Assembly (NCBI GenBank): GCA_051362555.1
Contig: CM120641.1
Location: 13,516,001 to 13,580,000, forward strand
Origin: Lingula anatina
Taxonomy: Eukaryota; Animalia; Brachiopoda
DNA length: 64,000 nt
Reading direction: 5' to 3'
The notes beneath the pieces are model-generated. The model ran no database searches, was not told where the DNA came from, and worked only from the letters and a program-made list of their open reading frames with translations. Both the position numbers and the translations under genes were made by a program. Shown piece by piece: positions 13,306-26,366 of the stretch (position 1 is its first letter; each line of letters starts with the position of its first letter).

Positions 13306-13710
13306 CTATAAATCCTGTATATTCAAACAAGGATATAAAGGTCTGTTGCTGATGTGCTTTGCCACTTCTGTTAACTTTATTGTCCTCTTGAAGTAGTCTG
13401 CATCTATGAGACGTAGAGAATGGAGAATTTTCTTTTTTCCCTTAACAACTTCCACAACCTACAGTAAATGGCGATTTTTAAATCAAAGTAACAATAAAAT
13501 GTTCTTTTTGTTCAATGACCTTTTAAACAGAAGGATAAAGTACACATCTTATACCAGTTATTTATTTTTAGTTATTACTAGATTGCATTAGTATTGTATT
13601 AACATATTTGAATACCCCCTTTCCCTAATTCTTTACTTGATATAATTACCAGATTGTACTAGATATTACTAGATACTTTATTAAAATGTTTGAATGCCCT
13701 CCTCTCCCCC

Positions 13711-13758
<48 letters not shown>

Positions 13759-16700
13759 TAATTACTAGATTGTACTAGTACTTTATTAAATTATTTGAAT
13801 CCCCCCTTTCTCCCTACCTATTAAACTCACACACATGCAATATAACATGGTAATTTGTCAAAAACATACAAGTTTGTATACCTGTACATTATGGTCTCCA
13901 ACATCAAACACATACTCTTCTCCAAATTTCTCCAGAGTACCACAGAGAGAAAATTTTGCACCAGAATTCTAAAAAATTAGATAGTTGAAATACTGTGCAT
14001 CATGTTGACTTCGAAGGAGCCTCATAAAATAAAGCAAACGAAACTGTTAATTATCTACTGCTCATAACTTTAAGAACAATATTATATGGTGTTTTTAAAG
14101 GTACATATGAATCAAGCACCAGTGGAGCGTAGATTCCCAGTAACACATAAAAACCACTTCTACTAGTTTCTTATACAACTCAAATAAATTTGACATGCCA
14201 AGGGATAAATCACCCAATCAGCCATAAAAAAGCTTCAGACTGCTCCTTTCTTTAACTTTTTTGGTCAAAAATTTAACTTACTTTCATGACCTATTTTTTT
14301 GCCCCATTGATATACAGCTTAGAATGCTAGCAGAAAAATCTGTTCAAATATCTTTTTTCAGGTAAAATTAAACAATGCCTTCAGGTAATTCTCTTACTTA
14401 TACTACTTGAAACTATATGCTGGCATTTGGTTGGCATTTGTGGCAAAAAATTGACTTCGTATGTATCTTTAATCTTTCAAAGGAAATGTTTCAAATATCA
14501 ACTACATTATTTGGATTTCATTTTATGTATTTGGAAAGCAAATTATTTAGAAACCCCCAATTATAAAAACAGCTTTTACTTATTGAGTGAGAGATCTCCC
14601 CATATTGTCTGCATTATAAGATGCTCTGTTAAGCAGTATACCTTTGGTTTCATTTTAGCTTTGGTGAAATTGTAATAAATAAGCTGTCCTGGCAATGTGT
14701 ACAAATCAACTAGATTTTTCCCAGTGTTATCTTCTTTCTCTGAACTCTTCTTTGCACGCCTACGCCCTATAAAATTGGAAATAATTTAATGTCATGGTAA
14801 TAAGACATAGAACAAATTGATACCAACTAGAGAGGAGAGGCCAGAACAGGAACAGGAAGAAAGCTTTTGTAGGAGGCTCAAAATTCTACAAGAGAAGCAT
14901 AAATGCATAAGAATTGAATAATTTTCATAAATATAATCATATGCTCCATACATCTTTTGTTTTATTAAATCACAACTGTTTTCTCTTTTTCTTATCGATC
15001 ATCAGCATTTTAACTAGAAGTTTTTTAAGTATGTGATGTACCATTTCTGCATCTTACTTTTTATATTTCTTGAATCAAGCTGATCCCTGGGGGTTGAGAT
15101 GAACACACCTAAAATATTTATTTTGACAAAATTGTAGAATTCATATTAAACAAAAGTATTTTGAAATATACCCATGCATCATTTTATGAAAGTACTCAAA
15201 CCCCATACTTTTGATTATAAGAGACTAAAAAGGATCCACATTATCATGAAACAAAAATGCAGACACTAACCTTCATTTGAACATACATCTGCTGAGTTGT
15301 TATTGTTCTCATTTTCTAACAGTATGCCACAATTGAGCCCTTTCTGGATCAAATAAAACAATGACAGTAGTAACAGGTTTCTCTTTAAATTTCAATTATC
15401 CTCAACAATAATAAGAAAACGGGTAATTGTCTTTACTGACAAATTTGCCCATTTCAAACCATTTCAGGTGTAGGTTTAGGTTTCATAATGTGATAAACAA
15501 TTGGGCTACTGATTTCGTCCTAAAAACATTATTATAGCTTAAAATAAGTAAGGATTATAAACTTAGTCTTTATAATTTATTCTTATAGGCCAAACAAAAT
15601 TAAAAGCAGTTACAAACATGGTACAGAAGACAACTATCAATTAAGTACCTTTAACTTAACTTTTTGCTTCCTGAACTGCTGTAGCGTAAAGTGTCGATCT
15701 AGGCTCTGCCTTGAGAGAGGTCCACGATCAGCACTCTCAGCACCTGTGCTTGGATCACTGTCAGGTGAATTAGGGAGTTTGTCACCTGCTGCTGGCCTTC
15801 TTTGTACTGACACACACTTGATGAAGAGCCAGTGTACCCAAACAAATGGCAGGTATAGGAAGAAAATCATATTTAAGAATAGCTCTGTGGTCAAACTCAT
15901 CTTGCTCACAGGTTTTTTCCTGATAAAAGAAAAAAGAAAAAAATTATATATACCCCTAGTATATGAGAGCCATTAAAAGTTGAAAGTGTAAGTAAACTAG
16001 CATAATAATAAACAAATGAAGAACTGATGTTATATCTTTGCCAATATATATAAATATATAAATGAACTAGACAGAAAAAATCTACATAAAAAAAGTCCTA
16101 CTATAGAGATAATGTGTATAAAGAATTCCCATTATAAGTTAAAATACATTATGAAATTGATCACCAATGCCTTCATACTTGTTCATCTTGTCTAACTTAA
16201 AACATGTTGCTCTTCAAAAGTAAAGGAAGAAAAAAAAGTTGTGACATACGTCAAAGGATTGACAGGCTCTCCAAACTGGTTATATTCCACAGCTATTTCT
16301 TGCAACTCTTGCTCATAATAGGCATTCAGTTTTTGTACATTCCTTGTGAACAGGCACAGTCCAAAAGCAGCCACCCTTCTAGACACCATTATACCAACCC
16401 ATGCTTTAAGGATTCCTTAAAATGAGACAAAAGTAATTTACTTGAACAGTATGAAAATGAATTCAAAATATCACTTTTTTCTTGTCCATTAAAAGTTATG
16501 TACTTATTTTATACGCACTGGTACAATAATCAAACAATAAAGGTATACCTAAACTGAGAAGAGCAATGACCACAGCCAACACAGTGTTGATGGTTGTTTT
16601 GGCTCCAAATGGCAACTGCCTGTATAAGTGCTGTCTCCTAGGCACAGGGCCTGTGAACCCTGCCATGTGGTAGTCTGCTTCAGAAAGAGGCTCACAAACC

Positions 16701-18727
16701 AAACTTTCCGACATGCACTGGAAAAGATTCCATTTACATAAGATCACCAGTTTCTTTGTAGTACATACATAAATACCAAATTTATACATTCTTATCACAC
16801 AAAAGATAAACGATTAAGCCTTATTACTTATTTACACATTCAGTCAAATTGGACATACTCCAACTCTGAGGATTCTTGATGTATAAAACTTTAAAATAAT
16901 GGTCTCATATCAATCTTTTTGTACACATATCAACATATTACTTACTGCCCTAAAAATAAAAGATTCAGACATTAGTCTGGATTAAAATATATCTGAACAT
17001 TCAGAGTGGAACAAAACATATCTGCCAGGAATACAAGGCCTGCCTTAGGCTTCATCAAAACATAAAAACAATCTTGTAATTCCATGATTCTAATAAAAAA
17101 AAAAAGATCATGTCTGATAAACAAAAAAATGAAAAGTTCAGTTATTGGGTTAAATTTTTGACCAAAAAAGTCTTTACCTTACACTGACAGTTGGCAAGAC
17201 AGACACATCTGCTGCCTTTCTTCATTTTGATGGTTCTCTGAGCAACAACTGCATGCTTATGGCCAACAACTACAACTGAAACAATAGGATACCAATAAAC
17301 AAAATGTCAAATTCTTATACAGAATAACAGAATACTATTTTATCTGTGCAAATTTATTCAACTGATTGAAATTAGATGTTGATTTTTGCTAAGACATAAC
17401 TATTACAGCATCCAAGCCCCCCTTGATGAGCATGAAATAAATATTATTGGTCAGCAAATTTTCTTCGAAGGTGACAGCCATTAACCAGTCCCTTATTATG
17501 TAGAGCAAGTGAGGTATTTACTGCATAGACCTTCCAGTTTTTCCAGTGGGGAAAACGAGTCACAAACATATAGATACATTTAATTAAGCCGATGTCACTA
17601 GTGGGCTGGATTTGGTCTTTAAGTGCAATTTAAGAACACAAGTGATCTTACACGATCAGCAGTAGTCTTAAAATGGACTGAATCTGCTTTTAAGATCAAA
17701 AATGATCTAACATCTACTAAAGTGGTCAAGCAGTTTCCTCACAATGGGGGATACCTCCCCTCACAATAGAGGATGCCTCTGCTCACAATAGGAGAATGCG
17801 TAAGAGGAGACAACTTAATTGGCTGTTAGACCAGAAATAGTCTTACTCATGGTTTAAGATCATGTAAGACTATTTGTGAACTTAAATTGCACTTTAAGAC
17901 CAAATCAAGCCCACTAGTGTGTGTTTGATAAGCTGAATGTGACACAGATCAAGATCAGCTGGTTCATATAGATAGCCTCTGCTGTTTTTTTTTCTCTCTT
18001 GGACATGAAAATAAAAGACTGAAACCTCAAGGTTGCCTGTGACCCATGCAGGATCAAATTAGAAAAAAAAAACTTGCTTCACTAATTTTTTTCACCCCGA
18101 GATTAAAAAAAATGATGATGACTTAATTACCTCTACCTGGCATACAACTTTTCACCCAAACTATAAAAAGCATAGACATGCAGATACAAACTTGTGTGTG
18201 GTTCTACCAGATAATTTATAAAACAAAGACAACATTAGCTTTTGCAAAACTTAATTGTGTTAGATAAGTCTTCAAGTTATTATTACCTTGGCACTCTTTC
18301 GCTTCAGAATGTTTGGTCAACTTTCCTGAATAGTGAAATGAGTGAAGCTGGCGAGGCCCCACTGTTGCTGCCTTTATCGTTTTCTTGCTCAAGCTGCAAT
18401 TGACCAGTTTAATACTGCAACGTGTTGAAACTATTCCTCTGTTAAATACATCTGTCTTAATTGTAGTGGAACTCTTGCTATTTACAATCACTACTTTGAC
18501 AATCTGAAGAAGCAACCTAAAAAAGAAAATAACTTCAAAAGAAGGTGTGTACTGTGGTGTTTCAATAACACATAGATTCTGCAAATAATAAGTACCAAAT
18601 TATTATTGTGAAATAAACATAAATCCACCTAAGTTTGCACCTACCAAAATTGAAATGCTTTTAACTGGATTATGTGAATGTAATTTTAGTAGCTTGAACT
18701 CATATGATAAAGGCTTGTGCATTAACA

Positions 18728-18768
<41 letters not shown>

Positions 18769-21700
18769 GCATCCATTGTTAGTTGCAGAAAAATATCCTA
18801 CTTACTCCCCCTTCACCACATTCAACCTGTCAGCATTAATTTCCATCTGTACTACCACTCTGTGGTTTCCTTCATGCTTAAATCTTAACCATTGTTCTCC
18901 TGTGGTAGTATTGCGTACAAATGGATCATTGGCCAAGGAAGCAAAGTTTGACAGCCAATATTTTCCCTTCTGTCCTGACAGGCGTTTTTCCTGCAAAGTT
19001 CAGACAAAGTTATAAGGTTTAGATGTGTTTCATTTTTCTTTCTTTTTTTCTTGAAATCTAAACAAACTGTTGTGAATGTTTACAAATACTGAGATCCTGT
19101 GAAATCAACTACAACTGCAGTGTTTCATTAAACCAACATTACATGAAACAAAACCATAATATTAACTTTACCTTAAAGAAAAAATATGATTAATGAACCA
19201 ATGCTACAGGTATATCCAAAATCAACAGATAAAAATAACAAACAGGACTGTATATTTTCACCTCATCATGTAACCATAGATCCATGGGCTGATTGTTCAA
19301 ACAACTGGATGGAAAGAAGAAGACAGGAAAGATAGAAAAAGAGACAGAGAGAGAAATCAGAAAATTGAAAATGTGATCAAATGACTCACAGCAATAAATC
19401 ATATCTTATCTACAGCAAACACTTTTTCTAGGCATGATCAATGTACTATATCCTAATTAACATGTGCAAACCATGTTAATATCACTATGTTGCCAAGCAA
19501 TTACCATATTCTGGAAAAAAATGCACGGTATGACCAGATGTACTGTTTTGGTTGTTAATATCTGGAAAAGACAGGTACCTCTGAGCTGGCTGAGCGCATC
19601 TCTTTGTCTGTTTTTGGAAGGCTGTGTATGACACTCCAATTCTATCACAGTGGGTCCCTTCACGTTCAATGAGGGTTTGATTCACGAGCAGAATGCTATG
19701 TTCAATTGTCTGAAACAAATTTCAATGAAAGATAAGACACTGGAACTAGTTCAAGAAAATGGAGCACTCTGTTTGTGGCTCAATGTACAGATACCGACTC
19801 TGTACATGAAAATGCTGAAGCCTTTAACAAGTATGACAGTCAATTAACAATAAATTTTAATCATGCACAACAGGTAACATGGTCAATAAGATTAGTTTTG
19901 AAATATGTACGTGCAAGCCCAGGGAGAAATATATACATGCAAGCCCATAGAGAAACATGAACATGCAAATTAAGCTCATGAAGATTTCTCACCTCTGAAG
20001 TATTAAGAAGAGAATATATACAACAGCTGAATGTGTATTAACAGAGTATTCCTTCTCTATTATTTGTGCAGCAAACTGTGTGGTACCTGTAACTGTGGAG
20101 GCAAGTTTTCCTTGGTAATATTTGGGTGTGGCTGAGGAACCAGTAATAGCTTATTTTCTCGGTCCAAAGGATGTTCATTGTCAACCACAAGGCTTGAGAG
20201 ACTAAAGAGTTCCCTATAGGCAACCATTACCTGTTGAAAATATTCATATAATTTTTAAAGTTAATAATATACAGTCTGCCTTTCTATATCATTTTCATTA
20301 TATTTCAATTTAAAAAGATTTGAGGTATACAGACAAAAAAAAATCAAACCAATGACCTCTTCATTATTGCCATAAAACACTAACCTATACCATGTCATTT
20401 TTTTTTTGATCCAGAAAATAAACCTATTCTTTGGCAAGATTTCCTATATTGCCACCATGATATCTTAGTCATAAAGATACCTTATTTCCAGCCATATCAA
20501 CTGTCTTCTCCGTGCTGACATGAAGTGGATGTCCAGTGGTTATTTCAGACCATCTCCTGTTTGAATCAGCTTTATCCACCTGTTGGAATACCTGGACAGA
20601 GAACCCTTGGTGAAGACGAGGTTGCCCAAGGCTGTTCACACTGTACCTTCATAGGTTATATAAGGTAAGATTTATGAAAGTCAAATGAATGGTAATATTG
20701 GGTAGGGTAGATAGAGTCAAAAGAAAGTATATTGTTATTTGAAAACCAGGGAGCAAAATGTCAAATGTGTTCACCCGATTCCAAACAACTGTAGAATATT
20801 CAAAAGCAAACAGTGAATCAGTTTTTCAGATACCCTAGGCCTGTTAAAACAAACTTCATTGTTTTGATAATTAAACCCAGTTTTAGCAGAGCAAAGGAAT
20901 AAATCCAAGGCCCACCAAAGCCTACATCAACTTAGCTTACCAGAGTGGATCAAACTTCAAGCAATGAGCACTGGAACATCTATGGTTCCCCTGATCAGGG
21001 TGATCTTTCAATTCTTTGCAATCCTGACCTCCTCTGGGATGGTAACGACTAGTGCTCTCGTTACAATGACAGCAAAACCCCTGAGAAAGTACCAGATATG
21101 AAGGTTTTTAACCACCTATAATTTAGACAAGATTTGGGGTTGTTGGAAAAATGAAAAAAAAAAAAAAATGGAACACTGGCTTCATGATTGCAATTGTGGG
21201 CCAATTAAGGTGTAAAACTTACAACCTAAAATTTGTTTTCTGATTTAAATCTGAAAAAAAAATGTCTGTAAATTGATAGATAAGTGAATGGCACTAAAAA
21301 TCAGACACTAAAGCAGATACTAAAATATATGAGTACACTGGTAATATTGTGCGGTATTTAAGTACTCTATAAAATTCAGAAAACAATTTTGGAGATCTTC
21401 CAATTTTTATAAATATCCCAGAATTGTTGGGTAAAATAAGATTTGTCAGTCAATCTCAGAACTATGCTTTTTGCTGAATTATTTCATATTCTCATCACCT
21501 GACTGTGTAAAACCAGTTTTCCCTTATGATAGGAATGCCCACATGTGGAATTATCACATCCACTATATTCCTCTGTATTGTCCTTCTGTAGAATTACTTC
21601 ATATGCTTTGTTGTTCACACTCTGTAAATAATCAGAATTTGAAGAAAAGGTTCTCAGATACTGCTTGTTACCCAAGTTATAGCACTGATGCTAAAGTACA

Positions 21701-23090
21701 AGGTAATTTTAAATTAAACTTAATTCTAGATATACATGCAGTATCGGTTTTCTTTTATAAAAAATAGATGGCTGAATTATTAACCCACATCACCATCACA
21801 TATACTTACATACAGATACCTCAGTGGATATATTAATGTGACTTCTTCCAGATATATTTTCAAAACCAATGGGTTATACAGCTGCAAGACCTCTCCAGTT
21901 GTGTTATCTTCAACATTGGTCACTTTAACATACTCTGGTTCAGGAGATATCTGAAATAACAAATGAAATTAAATAACAAAAAAACAACTACTTGTGATAA
22001 AATTCAAAACCTGATTACCAAATATAGTCAACAACTCTTGTTATTCATTTATTTCAGAATTTCAGAAATATCTTGTAGATTGACCCTAGATTCAAAACTA
22101 TCTATATGCCTTGCACCTTGTTACTGTCCACCAGTGTAACTATAAGAACCAGTTTATATTGGCATGGTTCTACACTTAAATTCTTCATGATCCCAGCTTG
22201 CTGGCATTGCTGCCATTTACTCTGTATCATAAACTTTGGCATGGTATTTTTTTTCTGCTCTTGGCTCCATCTTGTCACTAAAGTCAATGTAAAAACTGAC
22301 CAAAGAAAAACCCATTTGGTCTCACCTAAAAATAAAAAGACAAATAATGATTTTTGTTTACATGCATATATGAACTTAAAACCAGCCTACAAAATATCTA
22401 CCTGTCCACGACTTTTAAACCAGGACAACCTTTACGTACAGCTTTAACACACATTTCTCAAAGTGATCTGCCGACACTGTATATACACTTTTTTTACATT
22501 CTGCCCACATCCACATTGGAATGATGGTTACCTATCACCCAGACCCCCCTCCTCAGTCACTAGTAGTGTGGGGCAGAATGTTATCCACAAAATTATATCT
22601 TGATTCTGATTTTCATTTATTTGGCATCACAGCGACAAGCATCTCTGAGAGTCTCTGTATAGTGAAGTCGCCTTCTACATCAATAAAAGAAGTAAGCTTT
22701 CTCTGACTTGAATTGTTAGCACATTGCATTGATCATTAGTAACTACTGGTCATGGAAATGTCACAAATCTGCTTTCTTTACATTCATCATTATGTTGATA
22801 ACGCAATGAGTAAATTAACTTCATACTAGTCCAGGCAGATAAAAAGGATACTGCGACAAAGGATGATGTTCCCTTAAAAAAGAAAAATGACATCCTTACA
22901 GGAAGATAGAACAATATTTTACACACTTAGTTAGGTTATTACTGAGGATGAGGGGGAGGACGGGAAGGGGGAGGTAAAATGGCGGATTGGCCTGCATTTC
23001 TCTCTTCTTTATTTCAGCGGGTTGATATCTACAATAATTGACTTTCTTCAGGATAAACGGTAAATTTTGCTTATACTGACCCAGTGACAT
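13306..23090 (-). CDS. HAP2: HAP2/GCS1 (hapless 2) gamete fusogen, class II fusion-protein family; 19 coding exons, 887 aa
   Basis: GT-AG exons with matching phases and no internal stop: 23081-23090, 22117-22325, 21810-21950, 21499-21621, 20941-21080, 20481-20646, 20087-20230, 19579-19709, 19262-19304, 18806-18990, 18287-18516, 17178-17275, 16549-16717, 16250-16415, 15649-15919, 15271-15343, 14642-14766, 13882-13968, 13306-13458. Family motifs: TCG...SQGFCCHC, PRGGQDC, SAHCLKFDPLWY, CDRIGVSYTAFQKQ..RC.QP..SCLNNQ, EINAD, CVCLANCQCKC, then a TM segment. Exon 1 (MSLG, donor gtcagt) and exons 16-17 are the least certain. Confidence 0.9.
17596..17919. mobile_element. Non-autonomous CACTA/EnSpm-type element in a HAP2 intron
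   Basis: Ends CACTAGTGGGC...GCCCACTAGTG with ~60-bp imperfect TIRs; TGT duplication at 17593-17595 and 17920-17922. Confidence 0.78.
18730..18766. repeat. (CA)n microsatellite
   Basis: Direct reading. Confidence 0.95.
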
Positions 23091-24455
23091 ATTATTTCCC
23101 TGTTTGTTGGCTTCAAATGATCTTTATTGTTGCACACCTGCTCCAGCACGTCAATGGCCGAAAGCAAAGAATGCGCTGACTTTACTTAGTAACCTTGACC
23201 TACATATATGGTCCATGAAAATAGGACGTGACGTCATTAACTGAATGGCTGGGAGGGGTATTTCAGATTTAGATAATGCCAGCAAAATCTATCTGAAATG
23301 GACATTTGACTAACCAACTACAATTTACAAAGTAGTTCTAAACCTATTTTCTCTGACAAATAATATTAAGCCCGACATTATCTCGGTCTATTTACAATGA
23401 GCTTCACCCAAATTCATAGCAATTTGGGAAACGGCAATTTAGTCGACAGACAAAAAAATTCGCTCCCAGAGGCATATTCCAGCCAGTATTCTCACTCCTG
23501 ACTGTTTGAGCATGGGAGTGTGTGGAAAATGTCCGACGGAAAGACATCGAGGAATGTCATCCTCAGTAAGGCCTTACCGCCGCCTAGCCGAGAAGTACCG
23601 GGGTAGGCTACACTGAGGGCCCAATATTTGGGGTGGGGTGGGGAATAGTGATCACAGTTCGCGGGAAATAAAATCAACAATTCACAAATCACAGAAAATA
23701 AAACTTTATTCACAAATCACAGAAAATAAAACTTCATTCATATATCACTAATAATAATGAAAATCACGAATCACCGGGTATAATGATCACGTCGACTTCG
23801 TTACAAAAGGTCAGAGGCACGGGAATTGGGTGGTTCACGAATGGCACTAAATAAAATGAACGTGTCACACATCTCGGGAAATTAAAAGTGGCTTTTCTTT
23901 TACGAGTAAGGAAAAAACCCAATGGGACCCTCTGCATTGAAATGCATAGGGCCTAAACAGCATCGATTCCTTCTTCCATTTAACCTTTTTGGTGCCTCCT
24001 AAAGGGAACCTCTAGGTATAAACTCGTGTTAGATTTAAAAAATGCCTTTTTTATATATAAAATTCAAATGCTGCATGAGTTATATCTATAGGGAAATTTT
24101 AAAAAGCATTTTATGCGTGATTTCGTGCGAAATCTGATTTCTTTCGAGATAAAAAGCAACCCTTCCCTGCACTTGGATTCGATAAATACATGTACATAGT
24201 GTCGTTTGTAATCAATAAACCTATTAGTTTGGCAGTGTAGTAAAGTTGACGGCGATTTAGACCACACACCTTTCCCAATTTTTGGTAAAGATTCTCTAAG
24301 CTGACATTAAAGGTATGCTTTATGGGATTTTTACGCAAAATCTAATTTTACCCCAGGAAAAAATCCTGCTCAAGAACTAATGTTCGACCCACCCCTGCAC
24401 TTAAGATTTGAAATTTTAGATCCTCCAGTTTTAAACGAATCATGTTTCATTTGGT

Positions 24456-24599
24456 CCGGTGTAACGTGGCAGAGAGTCCCCCATGATAGACAGTCCGCTT
24501 CCCATTAAGTTGTACAGGTAAGCCTGGATTTTGACCCATTATAACCAAATGGATGACGGACTTTCTGTCACACGGTCCCTCAGTTTCGTTACACACCGG
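24456..24599. mobile_element. Short interspersed element with CCGGTGTAAC ends; related inverted copy at ~53205-53370
   Basis: Terminal ccggtgtaacg / cgttacacaccgg; the body is the diverged reverse complement of 53205-53370. Family not assigned. Confidence 0.55.
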
Positions 24600-26366
24600 C
24601 ATACACTTCCTGGCATTTTAGGAGGAAATATTCTCATCAACTGCTTTTTGGAGGGGTTTTATCGTTTTTGTAAATGTCTGAAATTGGAATGGGTAGTTTT
24701 GTTGTTTATTTAAACATAAAAATGTGAATCCGGGGCATTTACAAACGCTTTTTTTTTAAATAAATCGGTGGTATTCCTGTAGCCTATATACCTCGCCACT
24801 GTCGTCAGCCATTTGCCACCCAAGATACACTTGATATCTCTGTTACCATTGAGAATAAGAATCATTTTCATTATATAACACAAAGGAATACTATAAGTAT
24901 TTGGAAATTTCCTAAAATCATATTTTCTATGTCTATACGAATATATCCTGCAAAGCTACTTGCTATATTTCCAATTCAGACTTTAAGAAGGATATAGCAC
25001 CTCATATAACTAATGCTCCTTTGTTTTACAACTACAGGCCTTTACATATACATATAAACCCTACCTTTAGCCCTTTATGTATATATTTTTATTGAATCAT
25101 AATTTTCTTTATATACACGATTAATTAAGATGATTCCGTGATCGTAACTGCACCGGATGGCGTTCAAAGTAAAAAATTATTGGAAAGCAATTGTGACCTT
25201 TGCCTCTCAATATATCTAAGCACTGTCGTAAAAGATGGTCAAGTAGAACCCAGATTTTCCCCGAAGGGCATTGCAGGTGTAATTAGTCTACCGGGCACAG
25301 CCAGGAAATGATTTTTTCATTGAATAACTACAAAGAGGTTAAGACAAAGAGCTTAAGCAAGCGTATTGAGATTTCTCGCACCCAACAGACTTCGTCGGTC
25401 GAAGAAATGGATGTTACCCGCCAAACAGATATATTTGGCATCCAGTACTAATCTGATATTATTTCGTGTGCCTTGGAAAAAATAATTGACATTACTGCCG
25501 TTTCCAATAAACACTCATCGCGTGGAGCGCCACGTGCTTCTCTGGCACGTTTTGTTTAACTGATGCTTGACTGTGTTATGCAGTGGGTACGACAAACAGA
25601 CGAGGGGGCACGATACGTGAAATGAATACTACACTCAGCATGCATTTTAAATATCGTAAAAAAAGCCATTAAATCAAAGCGACAATTGAATAACATTGTA
25701 ATTTGTATTTTAAATCAACCAATGCTGATTTAGACTGTTTAGAATATTGCCTTCCTATGTTTTAATATTTTTGATATAATCAGTTCAGGGTCTACATTGA
25801 AATGCGCATTTTTTTGTATTTTTGTGAACGTGAAGTAGGCTTCTGTAGACCTGAGTTTCTTTCTTAATGTATAAGGTCAGGTTTTGATTTTTTTTAAAAT
25901 TCCGTAGAGGGGTGACTAAAGGGCTGATCTAAGTTTTAATCACCTGTTTAAATGACCATTACGAGGACGGACACCGGTCACTTGACAAAATCGGTCTGAT
26001 GACTAAACTTCATGGGTCATGTTTGCGGTACGCATTAAAGATTAATAGTACTCGGCACAAGTCACGAGCGTAACCGGATGATCTGATTCACCTTATCCCA
26101 AACACTTACACAACGCTCAGCCCATAAAAACAAGAAGTTCTGGTATATTGTAAGCTATATTGGCAAGGGTAATTGTGGCAGGCGACGAGTAATTTAGCAC
26201 AGAGAAGAGAACCCAACAGGAACCTGCCAGCCATAAGCAAAGAAGACAGGAATAAGTGGGCCAAAAGTTAAGATACTCAAAAAATTGAAGTGACGAACGG
26301 CGCTCCCACAAAGCAACTTCAAGAAGCAAAGTGTCAGTAAATTTAGAAAGTTGTCTATTCTCTAGG

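Noticed and set aside
13570-13810. Three degenerate ATTACTAGATTG...TTTGAAT.CCCCC units with poly-C and poly-T runs
   Set aside because: Ordinary intronic minisatellite in the last HAP2 intron with no sign of function.
22520-22875. Exon-like segment between HAP2 exons 1 and 2
   Set aside because: Stops in the frames that could join exon 2; could be a non-coding alternative exon but unsupported.
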